Program-made: the position numbers and the translations under genes | The notes under the pieces: model-generated | What the model saw: only the letters and a program-made list of their open reading frames with translations | The model's database searches: none | Told to the model about the DNA's origin: nothing | Shown: positions 20,224 through 29,433 of the stretch, one piece after another | Position numbering within the stretch: the stretch's first letter is position 1 | Layout: each line of letters opens with the position of its first letter | Assembly: GCA_039915005.1 (NCBI GenBank) | Contig: JBDSOE010000172.1 | Coordinates: 348 to 64,347 of the forward strand | DNA from: Ginsengibacter sp. | GTDB lineage: Bacteria > Bacteroidota > Bacteroidia > Chitinophagales > Chitinophagaceae | Direction of reading: 5' to 3' | Length of the DNA stretch: 64,000 bases

Positions 20224-21897
20224 ATGTATGACATTTTACAACTGAACGATATGCTCGTTCCTGAGTTGCTTGACGTAGCTGAGCAACAAAATATAACTAA
20301 CGCCAAAAATTTAGAAAAACAGGAATTGATCTATCAAATTCTTGATAAACAAGCAGTAATGACACCAGAGAAAAAAGAAATCACTTCTACGGAAAAGCCA
20401 AAGAGAAAGCGCATTGTAAAGCCTGCTGCTACTCAAAAGATCGCTGAGGAAATTCCCTTTGTAGAGGAAAAAGAAGCGAAGGCCAAAAAGCCGGAAGAAA
20501 AGAAAAAGATCGTAAGGAAACCTAAAGAAGAGGCGGTGGTAGAGGTAAAACTTCCGGAAGAGAAAAATGAAGATCATTCGAAAGAAGATCATCAGGAAAA
20601 AGAATATCATGTGGAACATCTTGCCGACCCCAAAACGATTGCTCCTGCATTACTTGAATTGCTGAAGGATGATGACGATGAAGAGGAAGACATGGAGATG
20701 CCGCCGTTGCCTTCTAATAATGGCCATCAGAACCACCAGAAGCCCTTTCCCCCCAAAAAAGAACCGGTATTTAATATTGAATTTGATGGGATTATACTGG
20801 CCGAAGGCGTATTGGAAATGATGCCTGACGGCTACGGATTTTTGAGAAGCAGCGATTACAATTATCTGTCCTCTCCTGATGACGTATATGTGTCTCCTTC
20901 ACAAATAAAATTATTTGGTTTAAGAACCGGAGATACGGTTTATGGTTCTGTTAGACCTCCTAAAGAAGGTGAAAAATATTTCGCGCTTTTGAAAGTGGAA
21001 ACGATCAATGGAAAAGGTCCCGATGAAGTTCGCGACCGGGTTCCGTTCGATTATTTAACACCTCTTTTCCCTTTTGAAAAACTTAATTTATTTACCACAC
21101 CCAATAATCTTTCTACAAGGATTATTGATTTATTTACTCCGATTGGAAAAGGGCAGCGCGGACTCATTGTAGCTCAGCCCAAAACGGGTAAGACCATGTT
21201 GCTGAAAGAGATTGCCAATGCCATCGCTGCCAATCATCCGGAATGTTATTTAATGATTGTGTTGGTAGATGAAAGGCCGGAAGAAGTAACAGATATGGAG
21301 CGCAGTGTAAGGGCGGAAGTAATCGCTTCCACTTTTGACGAGCCGGCAGAGAAACATGTGAAAGTTAGTACCATGGCTTTGCAAAAAGCTAAGCGCCTTG
21401 TGGAATGTGGCCACGATGTGGTGATTTTGTTGGACAGTATTACTCGTTTGGCACGCGCGCACAATACGGTTTCACCGGCAAGTGGAAAAGTTTTGTCGGG
21501 TGGTGTGGAAGCCAATGCGATGCAGAAACCCAAGCAGTTTTTTGGTGCGGCTCGTAAAATAGAATTTGGCGGATCGCTAACCATTATTGCCACCGCGCTT
21601 GTGGATACCGGAAGTAAAATGGATGAAGTAATTTTTGAAGAGTTTAAAGGAACAGGAAATATGGAGCTTCAGCTCGACAGAAGATTGTCGAACCGCAGAA
21701 TATTCCCGGCTATTGATATTATTTCTTCTTCCACACGCCGAGATGATTTGTTGCTGGATAAAGAAGTGCTTCAGCGCATGTGGGTATTGCGCAATCACAT
21801 GGGCGATATGAACCCGGAAGAAGCTATTAACACTTTGATGAAAAACATGAAAGGCACCAAAGACAATGCTGAATTTCTTACTTCTATGAATGGATAA
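20224..21897 (+). CDS. rho: Transcription termination factor Rho with charged N-terminal insertion
   Basis: [43 protein letters not shown]. Confidence 0.98.
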   Translation: MYDILQLNDMLVPELLDVAEQQNITNAKNLEKQELIYQILDKQAVMTPEKKEITSTEKPKRKRIVKPAATQKIAEEIPFVEEKEAKAKKPEEKKKIVRKPKEEAVVEVKLPEEKNEDHSKEDHQEKEYHVEHLADPKTIAPALLELLKDDDDEEEDMEMPPLPSNNGHQNHQKPFPPKKEPVFNIEFDGIILAEGVLEMMPDGYGFLRSSDYNYLSSPDDVYVSPSQIKLFGLRTGDTVYGSVRPPKEGEKYFALLKVETINGKGPDEVRDRVPFDYLTPLFPFEKLNLFTTPNNLSTRIIDLFTPIGKGQRGLIVAQPKTGKTMLLKEIANAIAANHPECYLMIVLVDERPEEVTDMERSVRAEVIASTFDEPAEKHVKVSTMALQKAKRLVECGHDVVILLDSITRLARAHNTVSPASGKVLSGGVEANAMQKPKQFFGAARKIEFGGSLTIIATALVDTGSKMDEVIFEEFKGTGNMELQLDRRLSNRRIFPAIDIISSSTRRDDLLLDKEVLQRMWVLRNHMGDMNPEEAINTLMKNMKGTKDNAEFLTSMNG

Positions 21898-22333
21898 AAA
21901 AATCTTTACTGAAGACCATTGTGAAAAATGATTAAATAAACCGTTCAATAAATCACTTGATCTTTCTCTTTTATTTTATGGAAGAAAAAGAGCTTATTAG
22001 CAAGAGAAAGGGATTTTCATTTTTGTGTTTCCCTCCTTTCTTTTCGTCTATCTTCTGATTAAACTTGATGCCGTATTGTCGCCAGATTATCTAATTTTCA
22101 TTTCACTGTTTCTTTTAGGCCTGATAAAAAGCGCAGGTTTAATTCTTCGGGAAGCTTTTCTTTCTTAATTATTCAGGTGCTGGGTGGAAAGCTGATTGGC
22201 AAGACGAAGAAGCCTTCTTTGTTTAACCCGATTAGAAAAAAATTATCCCGGCAAATGCATTGGTTATGGAAATTGAATTAGATTAAATAAGGGATCTCTC
22301 CTTTTTGTTCGGTAAGAAAATGTAATTTGTAGA

Positions 22334-23464
22334 ATGCCCATCCAACCGATTAATATTGATAAATTTATAGAACTTTCAAAAGTCTTTCCCGTTCTGGATG
22401 TGCGAAGCCCGGGAGAATTTTTGCAGGCCCACATTCCGGGGGCACTTTCTATTCCATTATTTACAGACGAACAAAGAAAAATTATAGGTACTGCCTACAA
22501 GCAGGAAAGCAGGCAAATTGCGGTTAATCTTGGATTAAAATTCTTCTCTGAAAGAATGAAAATAATACCGGGTGAGGTATTAAAAACTATCTCTGAATTT
22601 GATAAATTCAAAAACCATCCTCTGTCTTCTCGTCCTCCGGAAGAGAAGGGGCTTCTCATTCATTGCTGGAGGGGTGGAATGCGAAGTGAAGCCGTTGCGT
22701 GGCTTTTGAGCCTTTATGGCTATAAAATTTATTTATTGAAAGGAGGTTACAAATCATTTCGCAGATGGGCGCTTAGGCAGTTTGAAAAAAAATATTTTTT
22801 TAAAATTCTGGGCGGCTATACCGGCTCCGGCAAAACGGAAATTTTAATTTCATTAAGAAAAAGAGGCAAGTCGGTTATTGACCTTGAAGCACTTGCAAAC
22901 CATAAAGGTTCTGCTTTTGGCTCGTTGGGGCAAAGTGCGCAACCTTCGCAGGAAATGTTTGAAAACTTACTGGCGATGGAATTGTGGAAAACGAATTTTG
23001 AAAATGAAACCCCATCTAACGGTGAAGCACAAACGAAAAGAAGTAACGAAATCTGGCTGGAGGATGAAAGCAGGCATATTGGCTCTGTTGGTTTTTCTCA
23101 ATCATTTTGGGAACAAATGCGTAATGGTAATTTATTTTTTTTAGACATTCCCTTTGAAGAGAGGTTAAAATTTGTTATTTCGCAATACAGTGGCTTTGAT
23201 AAAAAATTATTGGTAACGGCTATTATGAGAATTCAAAAAAGATTGGGTGGCCTTGAAACCAAAAATGCAATTAATTTTTTATTGGAAGATAAGGTAACAG
23301 AATGTTTTTCAATTTTGTTACATTATTATGATAAAATGTACTCCAATGCCCTGTATAATAGGGAAAATATCCCGTCTTTATTAAATAAAATATCCTGTGA
23401 AAGCGTTGATATTGATAATGCAAAGTATTTTTTTGAGCAGGAGTTTTTGAGCACTGTTTCTTAA
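22334..23464 (+). CDS. mnmH: tRNA 2-selenouridine(34) synthase
   Basis: Rhodanese DVRSPGEF..HCWRGGMRS plus P-loop GYTGSGKT and DLEALANHKGSAFG. Confidence 0.95.
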   Translation: MPIQPINIDKFIELSKVFPVLDVRSPGEFLQAHIPGALSIPLFTDEQRKIIGTAYKQESRQIAVNLGLKFFSERMKIIPGEVLKTISEFDKFKNHPLSSRPPEEKGLLIHCWRGGMRSEAVAWLLSLYGYKIYLLKGGYKSFRRWALRQFEKKYFFKILGGYTGSGKTEILISLRKRGKSVIDLEALANHKGSAFGSLGQSAQPSQEMFENLLAMELWKTNFENETPSNGEAQTKRSNEIWLEDESRHIGSVGFSQSFWEQMRNGNLFFLDIPFEERLKFVISQYSGFDKKLLVTAIMRIQKRLGGLETKNAINFLLEDKVTECFSILLHYYDKMYSNALYNRENIPSLLNKISCESVDIDNAKYFFEQEFLSTVS

Positions 23465-25293
23465 TGCAAATTTTTAAAATGAAATTTCTTTTTCTTTTTT
23501 TTCTTTTTCCATTACAGCTTTTGGCGCAACCTGGTACCAAGGATATCACAGGTGTGTGGACCGGTAGCCTGTACAATGATACCACCAAACAATTCATTCA
23601 TTATGAATTGGCTATAAGTGAATACAAAGGAAAGCTGAGCGGCTATTCTCACACCACTTTTATTATTGATAGCATTAAGAATATTGGCGTAAAAGCAGTG
23701 AAGATTAAAAACCAAAAAGGCCTCATTACTGTTGAAGATGAAAAATTAATTGATAATAATTATACGGCGCCTCCGGCAAAAGGCGTAAGAACATTTATTA
23801 GTTTCATCCTTTCTGAAAATGACAGCACCGAAATCCTTAGCGGTTCATGGCATACGAATAGCACCAGAGAATATAATAGTCTTACGGGAACCGTTTTTCT
23901 TGAAAAGAAAAAGAAAATACATGAAACAGCGATTGTACCAAAGCTGGAACGAATGGGGCTCTCCGATAGATTATCATTTTTAACCGCATCAGAAAATCAG
24001 AAGGAGTCGGTTGCTGTAAATAATAAAATGTTGAAGGATGAAAAGAAGGGAACTCCCATACCTGCAGAAATTACCGCCCTCAATAAAAACGCAACCACAA
24101 CTATAATACCCGATACCACAATTATTAATCCCGAGATTGTGGTCCTGGTGTTTAAAGACAAAAACAAGGAAGCCGTACAAAGCAACAACGTTGCGAAATC
24201 ATTAACCGGAAAGGAGAACCTGCCTGATAAAAAAGATAATGATAAAGCAAAAATAACAGCTATTGTTTCTGATAAAAAAACGATTCATCAAGATGCAAAT
24301 AGTACTGTAATAAATGTACCAGGCAGATCACAAAAAATAATTGCCGCTGAAAAATCAGGGTTGATTGCAAACGATAACAACATTGAGAATAAGAAAATTG
24401 TTGCTGATAAGGGAGATACGCAGGTTACGGGAATTCAGAAAGAATCCAATATGGATGCAGCAGACAAGGAAGAGAAAACTGTAAAGAAAGGGGTTAGCAA
24501 AGAATCTTCTTTTTCTGAAATGAATAAGAAAACGGCGAACACAATGACTGACGTGCGTAAAGAAGAAATAAAATCAAACCTTCCACACAAAGAAAATGAG
24601 CAGAAAATAAATGCCATTGCGGAAAACAATCCAAAGCAAGCAAGCAAGAAAGGTAATGATGAAGAAATTATAAGATCAGAACCTGCGATAAAAGAAGTAC
24701 AGAAAGATCTGAATAAATCTTTTAAACAAGTTGCCATAGAACCATCAAAACTGCCTCTTGAAGACAAGAAGGCGTTGGACAAAAAGGTAGCATTAAAGGA
24801 AGAGATTAAAACAAATATTTTCAATGCAAAAGTTTTAGAAGAGAAAAAACAATCCTTGCCGGAGGAGGCTGTAGAAGAAAAAATGAATACGTTGATCAAC
24901 AATTCATCAAAAAAAATAATGCCCATTGCCGCTGCAGAAATTTCTAAAAGGGAAATTGAAACCATTCGTACCGTAGAAATAATACAGGACAGCCTTGTGT
25001 TTTCTCTTTATGATAATGGTACGGTGGACGGAGACACGGTGAGTGTTTTATTAAATGGTCATGTTATTATGCCAAGGGTTGGGCTATTGGAAAGGGCTTA
25101 TAATAAAACGATTTATCTTACCCCTGAGATGGGAGATTCTATCAATATAATTATGTATGCGGAAAACCTGGGAAGTATTGCACCCAATACGGGCCTGCTT
25201 GTGATTCGCGATGGCGGTATTGATTATGAGATTCGGTTTAGCGGAGATTTGAAAAAAAATTCGGCCATTATTTTAAAAAGAAAAAAGAAGTAA
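23464..25293 (+). CDS. Exported hypothetical protein: N-terminal domain, ~300-aa charged linker, C-terminal beta domain
   Basis: Signal peptide; ITGVWTG.. N-domain; K/E/N-rich middle; YDNGTVDGDTVSV..MYAENLGSIAPNTG C-domain. Confidence 0.75.
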   Translation: MQIFKMKFLFLFFLFPLQLLAQPGTKDITGVWTGSLYNDTTKQFIHYELAISEYKGKLSGYSHTTFIIDSIKNIGVKAVKIKNQKGLITVEDEKLIDNNYTAPPAKGVRTFISFILSENDSTEILSGSWHTNSTREYNSLTGTVFLEKKKKIHETAIVPKLERMGLSDRLSFLTASENQKESVAVNNKMLKDEKKGTPIPAEITALNKNATTTIIPDTTIINPEIVVLVFKDKNKEAVQSNNVAKSLTGKENLPDKKDNDKAKITAIVSDKKTIHQDANSTVINVPGRSQKIIAAEKSGLIANDNNIENKKIVADKGDTQVTGIQKESNMDAADKEEKTVKKGVSKESSFSEMNKKTANTMTDVRKEEIKSNLPHKENEQKINAIAENNPKQASKKGNDEEIIRSEPAIKEVQKDLNKSFKQVAIEPSKLPLEDKKALDKKVALKEEIKTNIFNAKVLEEKKQSLPEEAVEEKMNTLINNSSKKIMPIAAAEISKREIETIRTVEIIQDSLVFSLYDNGTVDGDTVSVLLNGHVIMPRVGLLERAYNKTIYLTPEMGDSINIIMYAENLGSIAPNTGLLVIRDGGIDYEIRFSGDLKKNSAIILKRKKK

Positions 25294-25295
25294 TA

Positions 25296-26375
25296 ATGAA
25301 AGAGGATGAAAATGCGGGTCAGGAGGAGGCGCCCATAAAACTTACTGAGTATAGCCGCGGAGCCGGTTGTGGTTGCAAAATATCCCCACAGGTGTTGGAA
25401 GAAATTCTTCATTCTGAAATCGCTTTCCCCAATAATAATTTACTGGTAGGAAACAACAGCAATGACGATGCGGCGGTTTATGATTTAGGCAATGGCACTG
25501 CCCTTATCTCTACCACTGATTTTTTTATGCCGATTGTGGATGATGCTTTTGATTTTGGAAGAGTGGCTTCTGCAAATGCCATAAGCGATGTGTATGCTAT
25601 GGGGGGAAAACCCGTGATGGCTGTGGCTGTGTTAGGATGGCCTGTAGAAAAACTACCATCATCATTGGCCAAAAAAGTAATGGAAGGCGCAAGAACCATT
25701 TGTGCAAAAGCGGGAATTCCATTGGCTGGCGGACACAGCATTGATTCTGCTGAGCCTTTTTTTGGATTGGCTGTTAGCGGAATGGTTTCTGTTTCCTGTC
25801 TTAAAAAAAATAATACTGCTGTAGAGGGAGATCTGCTTTTTTTGACCAAACCGATTGGCGTAGGAATTTTATCAACCGCACAAAAAAGAAAACTGATTAA
25901 AGAAGAACACCTGAAAGTTTTAATGGATCAGCTCACTTCATTAAATTCTGTGGGAGAAGAACTGGGAAAAATAAAAGGTGTTTCTGCCATGACGGACGTT
26001 ACCGGATTTGGGCTTGCCGGCCATTTAATAGAAATGGCGGAAGGAAGTAATTTATCTGCAGAACTTTATTACTCACGGTTATGCATAACCGAAGGTGCAA
26101 AAAATTATCTTTCCCAACGTATCGTTCCGGATGCTACTTACCGCAACTGGAATAGCTACAGTAAAAAGATTGATTTTGAAAAGGGAGTGAATGTGATGGA
26201 AGCATTTTCCTTACTACCCGATCCGCAAACTAATGGCGGATTGTTGATTGCTGTAAATCCCGATTCGGTGGCGGATGTAAAAGAAATATTAAGCGGGGCA
26301 GGATTACAAAATTTTTTAGACCCTATTGGTAAATTTGTCGCTAAGCACGAAAAAACGGTTCTGGTAAAAAGCTGA
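25296..26375 (+). CDS. selD: Selenide, water dikinase (Cys-type)
   Basis: GAGCGCKISP, DDAAVY, TTDFFMPIVDD, DVTGFGLAGH, DPQTNGGLL. Confidence 0.97.
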   Translation: MKEDENAGQEEAPIKLTEYSRGAGCGCKISPQVLEEILHSEIAFPNNNLLVGNNSNDDAAVYDLGNGTALISTTDFFMPIVDDAFDFGRVASANAISDVYAMGGKPVMAVAVLGWPVEKLPSSLAKKVMEGARTICAKAGIPLAGGHSIDSAEPFFGLAVSGMVSVSCLKKNNTAVEGDLLFLTKPIGVGILSTAQKRKLIKEEHLKVLMDQLTSLNSVGEELGKIKGVSAMTDVTGFGLAGHLIEMAEGSNLSAELYYSRLCITEGAKNYLSQRIVPDATYRNWNSYSKKIDFEKGVNVMEAFSLLPDPQTNGGLLIAVNPDSVADVKEILSGAGLQNFLDPIGKFVAKHEKTVLVKS

Positions 26376-26426
26376 TTCCCTTTAGAAAAAATTTGTGATA
26401 GATAAAAAATTTTAAATTAGTATAGT

Positions 26427-26753
26427 ATGAATTGGATTCTGCTAATTATCGGGGGTTTGTTTGAAGTGGGCTTTGCCACTTGCCTCGGAAAGGCCAAAGA
26501 AGCAACGGGCACAACGGCTGCGTGGTGGATCATAGGTTTTTTTGTATGCCTTTCCATCAGCATGTATTTCCTTTACCGGGCAACGCTTACCTTACCTATC
26601 GGCACTTCTTATGCGGTGTGGACCGGCATTGGTGCGGTGGGTACTGTTTTGGTTGGGCTGGTTATTTTTAAAGAGCCCGCAGATTTTTGGAGATTATTTT
26701 TTATAACAACCCTTATCTTCTCCATCATTGGGTTGAAAGTAGTGACGCATTAA
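26427..26753 (+). CDS. sugE: SMR-family small multidrug transporter (SugE/Gdx-like)
   Basis: WILLIIGGLFEV (conserved Glu), LPIGTSYAVWTGIG; four TM segments. Confidence 0.85.
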   Translation: MNWILLIIGGLFEVGFATCLGKAKEATGTTAAWWIIGFFVCLSISMYFLYRATLTLPIGTSYAVWTGIGAVGTVLVGLVIFKEPADFWRLFFITTLIFSIIGLKVVTH

Positions 26754-26786
26754 GGAACGTCCTTAGGATTGTTGAGCTACAAGTCT

Positions 26787-27020
26787 TCAGATAGTGAAGC
26801 CATCAATAATTTTTGCCAGCTTATGATCTCTCTCAGTAACCACATTTCCGGCGTCGTGCGATGAAAGCCAGATCTCCAGCTTATTATATTCGTTGGTCCA
26901 TTTTGGATGATGGTCCATTTTTTCTGCGGCCAAAGCCACCTGTGTCATAAATGCAAAGGCTTCTGAGAAATCTTTGAACTCAAATTTTTTATGAAGCGTA
27001 TTGTTTTTTTCTTCCCACAT
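26787..27020 (-). CDS. phhB: Pterin-4-alpha-carbinolamine dehydratase
   Basis: [28 protein letters not shown]. Confidence 0.93.
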   Translation of the reverse strand: MWEEKNNTLHKKFEFKDFSEAFAFMTQVALAAEKMDHHPKWTNEYNKLEIWLSSHDAGNVVTERDHKLAKIIDGFTI

Positions 27021-27040
27021 AAAATTGTTTTTTAAAAGTT

Positions 27041-27197
27041 ATTAAGTCTGACCGTCCCGGTCTGACTTATGATTAAGTGCCCGCCCCCGGTCTGACTTAT
27101 GATTAAATGAGCGTGCCGGTCTCACTTTTATTCCCGCATAAGAGCCATACAAAGATCGTCCCAATTTCTCAAACAGTCAGATGAAGACCCTCAGACT
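27041..27197. repeat. Three tandem ~30-bp hairpin units plus one inverted 23-bp copy
   Basis: ATTAAGT-N-CCGGTCTGACTTATG-type units at 27041, 27072 and 27102; AGTCAGA-N9-TCAGACT at 27175-27197 mirrors AGTCTGA-N9-TCTGACT at 27045-27067. Confidence 0.8.
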
Positions 27198-27199
27198 AT

Positions 27200-27634
27200 T
27201 TAAAAAACCAGGTGCTGACGATTCTTTATTTTCTCATTCGTTAGCTCCACCACCATCTGCACCACCGGAATCGTTTTGATGGTGTTGATGAAAATATTTA
27301 TTTCATCGTCTTTCATTATATCGTCTTTCATCAGCCATAAAAAATCAAGATGCCTGAATTCAGGAAGCAGGTACTCGCCATCATCTTCATTATTATATAG
27401 GTAATGCTTTATGGTGCCTGATTGCTGACCGTATTGATAAATGGGGAAGAAGTATTTTCGCTCCTTTTTATTCAATTGAATTTCTATGTTGTTGTTGATC
27501 CTGAAATCGAAGTTGAGAATATGGTTCAACTGCCAGCAAAAACGATATTGTTCAATAGGCGCTACAATCCCCAGGAGACGCGTGTCTTCAAAAAAATCAT
27601 CAAACATCGCTTCATTGTCAATACGCAATTTCAT
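27200..27634 (-). CDS. IPExxxVDY-family Bacteroidota protein
   Basis: YLLPEFRHLDFL matches the family motif; RLLGIVAP..YRFCWQLN. Confidence 0.8.
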   Translation of the reverse strand: MKLRIDNEAMFDDFFEDTRLLGIVAPIEQYRFCWQLNHILNFDFRINNNIEIQLNKKERKYFFPIYQYGQQSGTIKHYLYNNEDDGEYLLPEFRHLDFLWLMKDDIMKDDEINIFINTIKTIPVVQMVVELTNEKIKNRQHLVF

Positions 27635-27655
27635 TTCCTGTTTTTCTCTTTTATA

Positions 27656-29293
27656 TTAAAAGATTATATCAAAAACCAATTCCTCTTTTGCTCTTTGCAC
27701 CGTAACTTTTGTGGCCTCGCCTTTTTTATACTTGCTTAAGGCGGTCATGTAAGTGTTGATATCAGTTACCTTAAAATCTCCTAATTGAATAATTATATCT
27801 CCGGCGTGCATTCCCACATTACTGGCAATCTTTCCATCAATGATGCCATCTGCCCGCAAGCCTGCACCACTAAAAGTATAATCCGGCATAATCCCCAGGC
27901 TTACTGTAAATCGGGGACCACCCATTTGCGGCTCGCGTGTTTTTAAAAAAGCAAGTTTGTCAATGCCATTGGTTTCTTTTATTACGTTAAAGATGTATTG
28001 TATGATGCGTAGTTCTCCTGTGAAATTAATTTTGTCTGCATCGTCTGTGGGCTTGTGATAATCTTTGTGAATACCGGTAAAGAAGAATAATACCGGAATA
28101 TTTTTTAAATAAAATGACGTATGATCGCTTGGCCCTATTCCGCTTGAATCAAATTTTACAGATAGCGCTTTTGTTTTTTGAGGAAGTATTTTTCCCCATG
28201 CTGGCGAAGTACCAAAACCTCCGATAGTAATTGTGTGCGAACTGTCATTCAGCCTTCCCACCATATCGCAATTGATCATGTAATTTATATTTTCAATGGG
28301 TATGCTGGGGTGTTCTGTAAAATATTTTGAACCAAATAATCCGAGTTCTTCTCCGGAAAAACAAATGAAGAGATAATTATTGTTTTTGAACTTTGAGTTT
28401 TTGATCAACTTCGCTAATTCAATAACGGTGGCAGTTCCGCTGGCATTATCATCGGCTCCATTGTGTATTTCGGCTTCCCCTGTCCATAAAGAATTATGGT
28501 CTTCGCCATAACCCAAATGATCGTAATGGGCGCCGATTACAATGGTGTTGGCGGCGCCATTGTCAACATATCCTATTACATTATGACCGGTTCTTTTTTT
28601 ATCGCCAATAGCCACCTCTATATTCAAATCAACGTCGGAGGTTTTCTCGTTTAAATATTTTGCTGCCACATTTTTTGAGAGAAAAATAACGGGTATATCC
28701 AGGGGTGTTATTTTTGAGGTTGGCTCAAACTTCAATTCATCATCCTGCATTCCGGTGTTATAAACAATTAAAGCAGCCGCACCTTTTGCAGCGCTTTCAA
28801 TGGCTTTATTTCGGATGGCATCTTCCAGGTCGAAATGCGGATTGCTGGCATTTTCTTCTATCAGCTCTCTACTATCAAAAAACCAGGGAGCGTTATTTTC
28901 TTTTATTGAGGGGGAAGCGAGTGCGCTTACAGATCCGTTGCTGCTGAAAATAAATGGGAAAAAATCTTTCTCCACTTCAAGAGAAACGCCATTAACAGAC
29001 AAATGCGTTTGGGGTAAAACTTGCTTTCCTTCATTCACTTCAAAAGCCTGCAGATATGTGCCGGCGTCGCCTTTGGGCTCAAGGCCTGCTTTTTCAAATT
29101 CACCCGATAGGAATTCATAAGCGAGTTTTTCACCTGGCGTTCCGGTTCTTCTTCCCTCTAACGAATCACTGGCGAGGTAAGTAATAGTAGATTTCAGGTT
29201 ATTAATGATTACCCAGTCGGCCTTTTTTAATTTTTGCCCAAACGCAAATGAAGACGAAAAAAGCAGGATAAGTAAAATATGTTTCATAGTCAA
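27656..29293 (-). CDS. M28 family peptidase with PA and PDZ domains
   Basis: GAHYDHLG, GADDNASG, FSGEELG, SDH, DYHKPTDD; C-terminal LGIMPD PDZ. Confidence 0.92.
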   Translation of the reverse strand: MTMKHILLILLFSSSFAFGQKLKKADWVIINNLKSTITYLASDSLEGRRTGTPGEKLAYEFLSGEFEKAGLEPKGDAGTYLQAFEVNEGKQVLPQTHLSVNGVSLEVEKDFFPFIFSSNGSVSALASPSIKENNAPWFFDSRELIEENASNPHFDLEDAIRNKAIESAAKGAAALIVYNTGMQDDELKFEPTSKITPLDIPVIFLSKNVAAKYLNEKTSDVDLNIEVAIGDKKRTGHNVIGYVDNGAANTIVIGAHYDHLGYGEDHNSLWTGEAEIHNGADDNASGTATVIELAKLIKNSKFKNNNYLFICFSGEELGLFGSKYFTEHPSIPIENINYMINCDMVGRLNDSSHTITIGGFGTSPAWGKILPQKTKALSVKFDSSGIGPSDHTSFYLKNIPVLFFFTGIHKDYHKPTDDADKINFTGELRIIQYIFNVIKETNGIDKLAFLKTREPQMGGPRFTVSLGIMPDYTFSGAGLRADGIIDGKIASNVGMHAGDIIIQLGDFKVTDINTYMTALSKYKKGEATKVTVQRAKEELVFDIIF

Positions 29294-29433
29294 GCAAAGA
29301 TTTATCGGGCAAATTTAAGCTGAATAAATTAGTGAAGGTTATGATAAAATCGGGAATAGAATTTCTCTTTTCTTATTTCGTAAATCCATAACTTAATGAT
29401 GTAGCTAAATTTACCGATACTATAAGAAACACT

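Noticed and set aside
25296-25380. Selenocysteine in SelD
   Set aside because: The active-site codon is TGT (GAGCGCK), and there is no in-frame UGA.
26375-26427. Guanidine riboswitch upstream of the SMR gene
   Set aside because: The gap is only 51 bp, AT-rich, and lacks ykkC or mini-ykkC ACGR hairpin motifs.
27041-27131. Mini-CRISPR
   Set aside because: Variable parts are only about 9-10 nt, there are just three units, and there is no leader or cas gene.
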